Positions 9,738-17,945 of a stretch of DNA of 64,000 nt are shown here, one piece after another. How positions within the stretch are numbered: the stretch's first letter is position 1; each line of letters starts with the position of its first letter. This DNA is from a virus (taxonomy: Duplodnaviria > Caudoviricetes). The stretch covers positions 160,001 to 224,000 of the IMG/VR virus record IMGVR_UViG_3300038679_000051. The stretch is one strand, 5' to 3'. A program made the position numbers and the translations under genes. The notes under the pieces were generated by a model. It was not told where the DNA came from. It saw only the letters and a program-made list of their open reading frames with translations, and searched no databases.

Positions 9738-10754
9738 ATGAATTTTGGATTAGATGTAGGGACCAAAAACGTGGTATTGTCTTATCGAGATCAAAGTGGT
9801 AAGATAAAAAGACGTCATGAAATCAATGGATTTTGTAAATTAAACAACGGCGATGGATTGTCTAAGCAGTTATTGACGCAGAACGGCATACCGTTCATTG
9901 AATGTAAGGACAATTTAATAGCATTAGGCGCACGTGCTGAGGAATTGTCCTACGCTTTTAATCAGCCATTACAACGACCAATGGCTGATGGAGTCGTAAA
10001 TGGTGATGAAGATGAAGCCATCAACATCATGTCCACTATTATCAGGTCGTTATTACTTGGCGTCATCGGTGGTGATTCGACGGTTCACTACTGCGTACCA
10101 GCCAAAGCTTTAAATGCTGAATTAAATGTTGCCTTTCATCAGAAAGTGGTTCAGATGATCGTAGATTCGGTCTCATCTAAGGGAGTAAAATTAGATGCCG
10201 TCGCCATAAATGAAGCTCGCGCTTTAGCTTTTAGCCAAATACCCGACAAAACCGCAATAGCCGTTTCGTTTGGTGCAGGAATGGTTAATGCTTGTTATAG
10301 TTTGTTTGGTTTACCAGTGTTTGAATTTAGTCTTGTTGGTTCTGGCGATTGGATTGACCGTGAAACGGCACGAGTGATCAAAGGTGAAACTATGACTTCA
10401 ACATGTCGATATAAGGAAAATAAATTGAAGAATAGAAAATTTACGTTGAAAAAAATGCCGGAAGACAATGTTGGGAAAGCATTATATATTAATTATGGCA
10501 TTCTAATTGAGAATGTCGTCAGAGGATTGGTCGACGGATTCATACAAAATGAAGACAAGGCCAGATTAGAACGACCAATGCCAATAATCTTGGGTGGTGG
10601 AACTGCGATGGTCGATGGATTTCAAGATAGATTTCAAGAGGTCATAAATGATTTAGAAGTACCATTTCAAGTTGGTGAAATTAAGATGGCCGACCCAATG
10701 CTTTATGCTGTAGCTGATGGATGTTTGGTTGCTTCTGAATTACATAAAGGATAA
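9738..10754 (+). CDS. actin-like ATPase (MreB/ParM/MamK superfamily)
   Basis: GLDVGT phosphate-1, SFGAG phosphate-2, LGGGTA adenosine motif, AVADG connect-2; start at AGGAG-preceded ATG 9738 (track 9477). Confidence 0.85.
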   Translation: MNFGLDVGTKNVVLSYRDQSGKIKRRHEINGFCKLNNGDGLSKQLLTQNGIPFIECKDNLIALGARAEELSYAFNQPLQRPMADGVVNGDEDEAINIMSTIIRSLLLGVIGGDSTVHYCVPAKALNAELNVAFHQKVVQMIVDSVSSKGVKLDAVAINEARALAFSQIPDKTAIAVSFGAGMVNACYSLFGLPVFEFSLVGSGDWIDRETARVIKGETMTSTCRYKENKLKNRKFTLKKMPEDNVGKALYINYGILIENVVRGLVDGFIQNEDKARLERPMPIILGGGTAMVDGFQDRFQEVINDLEVPFQVGEIKMADPMLYAVADGCLVASELHKG

Positions 10755-10756
10755 TT

Positions 10757-11176
10757 ATGCGGAAGACGTTTGAAATCAATGATCGTCGTTTCGTCGTAAA
10801 CGGGCCGATCGGCCCGTCTATGGAATTAATCAAACGATTGAAAAAATGGAAAGGAAACATATCAAAAAAAGCGCCAGAAACATTGCCTGGTACGTCATAT
10901 GCAATGATGGAATTGTCAAAAGAGAAGATTAAACCAAAATCATCGAAATTAGCAACATTAATCATACCATTTAGTATGAATGTCAAGGATTTGACAGGGA
11001 AGATTCCAAAATCTTGGATTCGTGGATTGGACGGATCTATGGGGCGTTGTAGAGTCTATCATCGTGGCATGTACAAAGGTACAATTAACGTAAAGTCCAT
11101 TGACACTAATACGGTCTCCTGCGATGAATTAAAAAAACAGAAAATCCCAATTTATGTAAGAGGCGTCCACAGTTGA
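10757..11176 (+). CDS. hypothetical basic protein
   Basis: 139-aa ORF abutting the actin-like gene. Confidence 0.7.
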   Translation: MRKTFEINDRRFVVNGPIGPSMELIKRLKKWKGNISKKAPETLPGTSYAMMELSKEKIKPKSSKLATLIIPFSMNVKDLTGKIPKSWIRGLDGSMGRCRVYHRGMYKGTINVKSIDTNTVSCDELKKQKIPIYVRGVHS

Positions 11177-11177
11177 A

Positions 11178-11182
11178 GTATT
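11178..11182 (+). promoter_or_regulatory. GTATT element 9 nt before SD-less ATG (dnaE piece 1)
   Basis: same motif 8-9 nt before ATGs at 13814, 14309, 22098, 34833, 58088. Confidence 0.5.
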
Positions 11183-11191
11183 TAATGACTC

Positions 11192-12541
11192 ATGGTTGAG
11201 GAATTTGTTCATCTACACGTTCATTCATTATTTAGCGTTCTGGACGGAATATGTTCGCCCAGACAGTATGTCGAAAAATGCATGGAGCGGAAATGGGGTG
11301 CAATAGCCTTAACTGAACACGGCAACATGGCCTCAATACCAGATCTCTATTTTGCTACGAAGGAATTTGGAATTAAACAAATAATTGGTTGTGAATTATA
11401 TTATAATGATGAACATTTAAAATTTAGAAAAATTGTTGATGCAGGTGGTACGATAGGTGATTTAAAAAAATCCGAAGATTTTGTTATAAAAGATTTAGCA
11501 TCTAGAATAACGCGTAATAGGCACATTACCATATTATGTAAAAACGAAATAGGATATCGTAATTTGTTACAAATAATGAAATGCGCATGGGAGATTGGTT
11601 TTTATTATAGACCAAGAACATGGTTTGACATGCTAGATAAACATCACGAAGGATTAATTATATTATCTGGATGCTTGAATGGACCAATTTCATTTGAAAT
11701 TCGTGAACACATGCGACTGACGAGGGAATATGAAATGCTTGGTGATGTACGTTATAAACAGAAAGCCGAAGAACATCTTCTGACTGGCATAAAATTATTT
11801 AAAAAATTCAAGAAGACATTTGGTGATGATTATTATGTGGAATTACAAATGCCAGGCGTGCCTGATGATGAAGAGGTATTTGCCAAATTACATGCATTAG
11901 CCATACAATCAAAGACGAAAGAAGTAATTACAGGTGACAGTCATTATTTGGAACGCAAAGATTTTATCATCCAGAAACTAATGATGGCTGTCGATCAGAA
12001 CGTTACCATTGATGATCCGAATTTATTCCATGTAAATTCAGATGAACAATTTTTTAAAGATCGTGCTCAATTTAGAGAAACATTCAATTCTAAATCATAT
12101 CGTGACAATTGTTCTATTGAGGATTTTGAACGTGCCTGTGACAACACTCTGGAAGTCGCAGACAAAGTGGTGCCATTTATGCTTGATTCTGAACCGAAAT
12201 ATCCATCTATAGAAAATGCAAATGAAATCCTACGTAAGCGGTGTCATGATGCTCTCAAGATGATGAAATTGGACAAAAAAGAATATGTCGATCGATTAGA
12301 ATTCGAATTAAATAGAATAATAAGCAAAGATTTTGCGTCATATTTCCTAATAACTCAAGACATGACCAATTTTTCTCGATCTCATGGGTTAGTCATAGGA
12401 CCTGGCCGTGGGAGCATAGGCGGGTGTTTAGTGGCATATTTATTGCGAATACATACCGTCGATCCATTAAAATGGGGATTGTCTTTCGATAGATTTCTTA
12501 GTCCTTCACGTGGCGGAAAGATGTTAAAGGTTGTTATGTAA
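11192..12541 (+). CDS. dnaE: DNA polymerase III alpha, N-terminal piece (PHP domain plus palm up to GRGS...FDRFL)
   Basis: VHLHVHS.FS.LDG, ALTEHGNM, GPGRGS, VDPLKWGLSFDRFLSPSR; ends before the catalytic PDID motif. Confidence 0.92.
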   Translation: MVEEFVHLHVHSLFSVLDGICSPRQYVEKCMERKWGAIALTEHGNMASIPDLYFATKEFGIKQIIGCELYYNDEHLKFRKIVDAGGTIGDLKKSEDFVIKDLASRITRNRHITILCKNEIGYRNLLQIMKCAWEIGFYYRPRTWFDMLDKHHEGLIILSGCLNGPISFEIREHMRLTREYEMLGDVRYKQKAEEHLLTGIKLFKKFKKTFGDDYYVELQMPGVPDDEEVFAKLHALAIQSKTKEVITGDSHYLERKDFIIQKLMMAVDQNVTIDDPNLFHVNSDEQFFKDRAQFRETFNSKSYRDNCSIEDFERACDNTLEVADKVVPFMLDSEPKYPSIENANEILRKRCHDALKMMKLDKKEYVDRLEFELNRIISKDFASYFLITQDMTNFSRSHGLVIGPGRGSIGGCLVAYLLRIHTVDPLKWGLSFDRFLSPSRGGKMLKVVM

Positions 12542-12559
12542 ATAAAATGAGAGGATGAC

Positions 12560-12955
12560 ATGGACAACGATAGAATTAGGAAATTAATGATCGAAGCGCG
12601 ACATTCGACTTACGTCTTTTATAAGATGTTGTCAGATGATAAAACCAATGACATAAACAAATCTCTTATGGCACCAATGTTGAAGTGGGTGGACGTAGCC
12701 GATGCATTTCTGAATAATGACGAGAAATTAGCATTGACTGATTTAGAAATGATTATAATTGAACCTATGAAAATGTTGGCTGATGCTTGTTCTGCACGTC
12801 TAAATAAGACTATTGAATCACCAGCGATGGAGAAAATAATTGCAGCGACTGATGTCTTTAAACGGAAAAAAGCGTACGTTGAATACATCAACGAATTGTT
12901 CGTTTCTTTAGAAACGATCACTGGAACGAGATACCCAAGAATAAAGGAGGCGTGA
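12560..12955 (+). CDS. hypothetical protein
   Basis: 131-aa ORF with GAGG SD. Confidence 0.75.
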   Translation: MDNDRIRKLMIEARHSTYVFYKMLSDDKTNDINKSLMAPMLKWVDVADAFLNNDEKLALTDLEMIIIEPMKMLADACSARLNKTIESPAMEKIIAATDVFKRKKAYVEYINELFVSLETITGTRYPRIKEA

Positions 12956-12956
12956 G

Positions 12957-13352
12957 ATGTATGACATATTGATCAGTGGTAAAAAATCTGCGATTGGCAT
13001 TATGTTTTTAAAGGATCGTCAATTAATAAAAAGCATAAGAATTGTGATTTCTAAACCGGAAAATTCCGACGTTAATAAATCGGAATTATTAGGTCTGAAA
13101 TATGCATTGTTGGCTGTAATAAATAAGATGATTCCACTTAATTTACACCTAAATACATATCCACTTAGGTCATTGTCACCAAGGACAAATCCATCAGTAA
13201 ACAAAGAACTGATCTCAGAATTAAGGGAATTATGTTCATCATTTAAAACGGTAAATTTATTAAGATTGCAAGATCATGAATTAATAAACCAGGTAAAGGA
13301 TTTAGCGACGATCACGGTTGATCTGCCAGTCGGAGCGACGGTTATATCTTGA
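12957..13352 (+). CDS. RNase H-fold protein, probably degenerate
   Basis: NKSELLGLKYALLAV resembles RNase HI NxAELxAxxxAL; first and third acidic residues not evident. Confidence 0.5.
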   Translation: MYDILISGKKSAIGIMFLKDRQLIKSIRIVISKPENSDVNKSELLGLKYALLAVINKMIPLNLHLNTYPLRSLSPRTNPSVNKELISELRELCSSFKTVNLLRLQDHELINQVKDLATITVDLPVGATVIS

Positions 13353-13797
13353 ATGATAATTCGCCCGGTTTATGAACTTGACCCATATTCAGTGGTCTCT
13401 GACTTGTTACGTCTTTATTCTTTCCTGCGTATTGTCCGGATAGCCATTTCATTAATCCCGTCCTGTCATATGCTGACGCCATATCATCAATTTCAATAAA
13501 AGTTTCATTGTCATTATAGCCAGTGGCATTTATCGGAAAGATTTCATCCTTATAGACATACATCTGATCTGATTCTGGCAATTTATCAAGCATATTGCGT
13601 GGCCAACTGACGATTGATTTCGTACCAGATGGGACATATAAACCTTTGATTGGTCTACCAATGCTGTCGACTATTGACACTGGTGACAAGAAATCATGGT
13701 CCGATTCATGATGAAATGGGCGTCCATTGTTGATTATGGCGGATTTAACCCATACGATTGGTATTAAACATCTAGGGGCATTTTCGAAATTTTTCAT
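13342..13797 (-). CDS. hypothetical protein
   Basis: in-frame ATG at 13797 avoids overlap with 13814 gene (track start 13863). Confidence 0.65.
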   Translation of the reverse strand: MKNFENAPRCLIPIVWVKSAIINNGRPFHHESDHDFLSPVSIVDSIGRPIKGLYVPSGTKSIVSWPRNMLDKLPESDQMYVYKDEIFPINATGYNDNETFIEIDDMASAYDRTGLMKWLSGQYAGKNKDVTSQRPLNMGQVHKPGELSFKI

Positions 13798-13813
13798 ATA
13801 GTATTTTTGAAAA

Positions 13814-14209
13814 ATGATAATAAAAGAATGGTCAGATGTCGTATTGATTGCAGCTAAACGCATACGAAACGATCGTCTGTCGGTCGAGTATGTCCAGCGG
13901 TTGAAATATGAAATTGATCAAATAGAAATGCAGGGCGCTAATGAATATTGGATGGATTTAATTAGAGAAGATAAAAAATTTGATCACAATAAAAACGGTT
14001 TGGTGTTGCCGTTTCTGTTGAATATGACGGACATAGATCCAATTATTTACAAACACATTTATGAACTCGATGACAATGGAATTGTTGGTGATGTGGTTGA
14101 TGTTACGTTGGAAGATGGATCTATGGTTTCGTTACCAGCAAAGGCTCATGTCAAAATTGAATCGTTAAGTAAATTGGTTTCTGATCTTAAGATTGGTGAT
14201 GAGATCTGA
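13814..14209 (+). CDS. DnaE-related middle piece: degenerate palm segment plus intein-N-like tail
   Basis: RLKYEIDQIEMQG and LPFLLNMTDIDPI parallel DnaE RLxYELxVI and LVAYLLGITDIDPI; tail VTLEDG...H...DLKIGDEI resembles HINT block B end. Confidence 0.7.
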   Translation: MIIKEWSDVVLIAAKRIRNDRLSVEYVQRLKYEIDQIEMQGANEYWMDLIREDKKFDHNKNGLVLPFLLNMTDIDPIIYKHIYELDDNGIVGDVVDVTLEDGSMVSLPAKAHVKIESLSKLVSDLKIGDEI

Positions 14210-14233
14210 CTTAAGATTGGTGATGAGATCTGA
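14186..14233 (+). repeat. perfect 24-bp tandem duplication of the ORF end
   Basis: cttaagattggtgatgagatctga at 14186-14209 and 14210-14233. Confidence 0.95.
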
Positions 14234-14308
14234 TAGAGTTTTCATCCCAGCAAAAGTCAATGTTGGTTTCATGCCACATTTTTGATTGTTATTATGTATT
14301 CATTTTTT

Positions 14309-14449
14309 ATGAAGATAACGGCAATTAATTTTAGGAAAGGAAAAATTAGGGACGTACCCGGTGATAGTTACAATGTCGGTGGGTTCCAAGTCATTCCAGA
14401 AATTGGGATTCCACACCGAATTGAACGTCACCCAGACGTTCCTGACTAG
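14309..14449 (+). CDS. 46-aa intein-C-like/DnaE junction peptide (MKITAINFRKGKIRDVPGDSYNVGGFQVIPEIGIPHRIERHPDVPD*), not in ORF track
   Basis: translated by hand; ends in VPD immediately before out-of-frame IDIDY; GTATT-N8-ATG start. Confidence 0.6.
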   Translation: MKITAINFRKGKIRDVPGDSYNVGGFQVIPEIGIPHRIERHPDVPD

Positions 14450-16532
14450 TGACATTGATATCGACTATTTGCCTGAAGCGAGAGAGAAAATTAAAGAATA
14501 TATTTCGTCTAAATATGGATTTGAACATGTATGTTCGGTTGGTCTATGGCAATCATACAATTTTAAAATGGCAATGCAAGATGCTGCCAAAGCTCTTGGC
14601 AAAGATAAAGCCCCGGTATTTAAAATAACAAAAACTTTGCCAGACGATTTTGATGATCGACCAATAAATGAAGTATTAAAGGCATTAACTTCGGAACATA
14701 TCAAACAAGAGAATCCAGAATTAAGTGAATTAGCTGATTATTATTCTACTGATGATGGTAAAATGGTCGTAGACATGGCATCAAGGATGACTGGTTTGTT
14801 AAAGACGCAAGGCAAACACGCCGCTGGAATAATCATATCTAATGTCAATTTGTTTGAAACCATACCTATGAGCAAACTTGGCGGTCTGTGGACGTCACAA
14901 TGGACCGAAGGATATTCACCACAATTATCTAAATTTGGTTTGATTAAATGGGACGTGTTGGGACTCAAGACGATGTCCTATATTTGGAAATGCATTAATT
15001 TCATTAAAGAGAAGAATAAAGACATAGGGTTGCCGAAATGTGTCATTTGTAATGGCACTGGCTCTAGCGAATCGGAATATGAGAAATTCGGTGACAAATG
15101 TATGGAATGTAGTGGATCGGGTGTATCGATCGAACACATAGATTTTAATGTCAAAGAAGTATTACGATTAGCTAATGATTTGAAAACTGAATCAGTTTTT
15201 CAATTCGAGACTGATTTGGCCAAATCAATTTTAAAAAAAGGTGGCGTCAAATCTTTTAATGATTTGTTGATTTATACGAGTTTAGGTAGACCAGGGCCAT
15301 TGCCCTTGATTGACGAATATATTGAACGTCGTGATGATAAAAATGAAAAATGGAGAAAACAAGAGCATCCTGATGTTGTTGAATTATTTAAGGATACTTT
15401 CGGAATAGTGGTCTTCCAAGAGACGTTGCAATTATATTGGACAAAGATTTGTGGTTTTACCGTTCCCGAAGCTGAAGCAGCTAGAAAAGCAGTGGCTAAA
15501 AAATGGGGTGAACAACTTGAAAAGGTAATGAAGAAAGCGGAGATTGGTGCAGCGAAAAAAATTGGACATGATGAAGCTGTGAAATGGAATAAACGAATCG
15601 AGACGTTTGGACGCTATGCCTTCAATAGATCACATGCCGTAGCCTATTCGATAATAGCATATCTTTGTTTGTATTTCAAATCAAAATTTCCTGTTGAATG
15701 GTGGGCGGCAGTATTGAGCATATGTGATGATCGCAACAAAATTTCGAATTATGTTATGGTGTCAAGAAATGAAGGCGTCAAATATTCGGCATTACACTGT
15801 GACAATTTGACCAAAGATTTTGTGGTTAGGAACGACGAAATCGTTCCCGGTCTATCTGGCATCAAGGGCATTGGTGATAAGGCAATGGCTAATGTCTTAT
15901 TGAATGCTGGTACGAAATATCAATCGGTTGATCATTTTATTGAGAAGAATGGCAAGAATAAAATATTGATGGAGAGATTGATTAAATTGGGTGCATTTGA
16001 TCACTTATTTCCTAATAGATCTGCGTTATGGATGTGGTATTTATTGAAACATTCGACGTGTAAACAATCTAAGGAAGCTAAATCATATTTTAAAACCAAA
16101 CTTGGAATACCAGAGAAGGGTAAATTGAACATATCGTTTGAGGAAGTGGTAAAATTGTCTCCAAAATGGGGATTGAGGAAGATTCTATTTTTTGAAAAGG
16201 ATTTCTTTGGGTATCATTTCACATCTCCAATGTCTTGTTATAAATTTAGTGGACATACCATCGAGGATGCGGCCGAAACCAATGTAATGGAAGTAGTAAT
16301 ACAAGACAATGAATTAAGGCAGACTAAGACTAATAAGAAATATCTAAAATTATTGGTTACTGATGGGACGACTAGTGCGACGTTGTTGATTTGGGATGTT
16401 GGCATAATAGATAACATTGAGGATGTGTCACCAGGATCCGGTATTAGAGTGGAAGTGAACTGGGATGAAAAATTCAATAGTTATTCACTTAGGAGAAATT
16501 CCAAGATTGTGTTACTTGACAAGGATGATTAA
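14361..16532 (+). CDS. dnaE: DNA polymerase III alpha, C-terminal piece (catalytic DIDID from 14451, fingers, OB fold)
   Basis: DIDIDY, GKHAAGIII, KWDVLGLKT, VFQFE, GRPGP, FNRSHAVAY; the first 30 codons of this frame may not be the true N-terminus. Confidence 0.9.
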   Translation: MIVTMSVGSKSFQKLGFHTELNVTQTFLTSDIDIDYLPEAREKIKEYISSKYGFEHVCSVGLWQSYNFKMAMQDAAKALGKDKAPVFKITKTLPDDFDDRPINEVLKALTSEHIKQENPELSELADYYSTDDGKMVVDMASRMTGLLKTQGKHAAGIIISNVNLFETIPMSKLGGLWTSQWTEGYSPQLSKFGLIKWDVLGLKTMSYIWKCINFIKEKNKDIGLPKCVICNGTGSSESEYEKFGDKCMECSGSGVSIEHIDFNVKEVLRLANDLKTESVFQFETDLAKSILKKGGVKSFNDLLIYTSLGRPGPLPLIDEYIERRDDKNEKWRKQEHPDVVELFKDTFGIVVFQETLQLYWTKICGFTVPEAEAARKAVAKKWGEQLEKVMKKAEIGAAKKIGHDEAVKWNKRIETFGRYAFNRSHAVAYSIIAYLCLYFKSKFPVEWWAAVLSICDDRNKISNYVMVSRNEGVKYSALHCDNLTKDFVVRNDEIVPGLSGIKGIGDKAMANVLLNAGTKYQSVDHFIEKNGKNKILMERLIKLGAFDHLFPNRSALWMWYLLKHSTCKQSKEAKSYFKTKLGIPEKGKLNISFEEVVKLSPKWGLRKILFFEKDFFGYHFTSPMSCYKFSGHTIEDAAETNVMEVVIQDNELRQTKTNKKYLKLLVTDGTTSATLLIWDVGIIDNIEDVSPGSGIRVEVNWDEKFNSYSLRRNSKIVLLDKDD

Positions 16533-16763
16533 ATGTTATTAGACACCAAGAATGGCATTGTTTGTGATTTGTGTAATAGACCACACAAGAATCAATTCGT
16601 TTATTATTCGATGCGAATGGTAAAAGTGTCTGTGGATGTTGATGCTAAACAAACTATACACACTGATACGGACATTGATCTAGATGTCTGTGAATTTTGT
16701 AAGAAGAAATTAGAGGAGAGGATTTTAGAGGTCTCAAAAATGAGAGGGGTGAATAATGGATGA
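16533..16763 (+). CDS. small Zn-ribbon protein
   Basis: CDLC ... CEFC. Confidence 0.7.
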   Translation: MLLDTKNGIVCDLCNRPHKNQFVYYSMRMVKVSVDVDAKQTIHTDTDIDLDVCEFCKKKLEERILEVSKMRGVNNG

Positions 16764-17091
16764 TCTGACTCCAGAACATTTTGCATTGATCATGGTTGAT
16801 ATTGGCGGCGTTACTGTGGAGGCCAGACCATATGAATGGGATTATGATGGTGATGGCAATCCAATAGTTGCTATGGCATATCGAACGACGTGTCCACATT
16901 GTTCACAATTAATAGAATTCAATGTGCATGATCTACATGACATGATGTTCTATTGTAATGAATGCAATAAAGGAAAGGATATGTGGACGCAGAAGAATAA
17001 TGAGATGTTGATCAATAAATCTTATGATGATGAGCCGATTATTTTCGATTTAATAGAACCGATAAAATCTGGATTGATGGAGATGCCATGA
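16756..17091 (+). CDS. Zn-ribbon hypothetical protein
   Basis: CPHC ... CNEC. Confidence 0.7.
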   Translation: MDDLTPEHFALIMVDIGGVTVEARPYEWDYDGDGNPIVAMAYRTTCPHCSQLIEFNVHDLHDMMFYCNECNKGKDMWTQKNNEMLINKSYDDEPIIFDLIEPIKSGLMEMP

Positions 17092-17945
17092 ATTTCATAT
17101 TAGGTAATGGATTGATAGGATTACTTGCTGGAAAGGCACTAAACCGTAAGATCATACCATATGGAAAATCTAGATTCTATTCATATTCGGTACCACTGGC
17201 AGAAAACATCATTAGATACGTCAAAGACGATGTCATCGAATTCTTGGGCCATCTATCTCCATTAATGTACGTTCAGAAGATGTCATTAGATGGGAAATTA
17301 TTTGATGTGACGAATGAGTTGCGCAACGTCTATATGAATAAACTTGGGACGCCAAATTCAGCTGTCGGGAACTTCTTAGGATCGTCGATGACTCTAAAGA
17401 CGACATGCACTGACTTATATGAATCATTGAGACGCGAAATTAACGTCCACGATGTGAAGATTAGAGAATTGAGACCGTTTAAAATGATTTTAGACAATGG
17501 AACGATTGTCGATTATGAATCACTAATCAGTACGATACCGTTGTATGTCTTATTAAAATTATTTAACATGGACATAAATTGTGAGGCTAGAGACGTTTAT
17601 TATTGTCATGTCGGATCTAATGACATAGATTTAGAAGGTGCATCGTGCGTTCACGTTCTAGATCAACATATTGAATTTCATAAGGTAACGACAATTAGGA
17701 AATCTGAATATGTTTTCGATTCATTCATTGAATTAGATGAATGGATTCTTGGAAAATATTTAAGAAATTTTAAAATCATACAAAAGACGGTGATTAGAAA
17801 ATCAATGCCGATTGATATGCCGCCCAATCTCGACATATTGGAGAAGATGGGGGTGATATGTGTTGGGAGTTGTGCACAATGGGATGAAGCCATGGATGTG
17901 TCTTCGTGCATTAGGAGAATTCTCAAGAAGGGGAATTCGGGATGA
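17088..17945 (+). CDS. FAD-binding oxidoreductase-like protein
   Basis: N-terminal ILGNGLIGLLA Rossmann motif, ISTIPL, C-terminal CVGSCAQW. Confidence 0.65.
   Translation: MNFILGNGLIGLLAGKALNRKIIPYGKSRFYSYSVPLAENIIRYVKDDVIEFLGHLSPLMYVQKMSLDGKLFDVTNELRNVYMNKLGTPNSAVGNFLGSSMTLKTTCTDLYESLRREINVHDVKIRELRPFKMILDNGTIVDYESLISTIPLYVLLKLFNMDINCEARDVYYCHVGSNDIDLEGASCVHVLDQHIEFHKVTTIRKSEYVFDSFIELDEWILGKYLRNFKIIQKTVIRKSMPIDMPPNLDILEKMGVICVGSCAQWDEAMDVSSCIRRILKKGNSG

Noticed and set aside
14447-14452. Genome-wide stop-codon reassignment explaining the DnaE break
   Set aside because: Long ORFs are intact in code 11; TAG (48137, 56489) and TGA terminate normal genes; readthrough would hit TGA and stay out of frame
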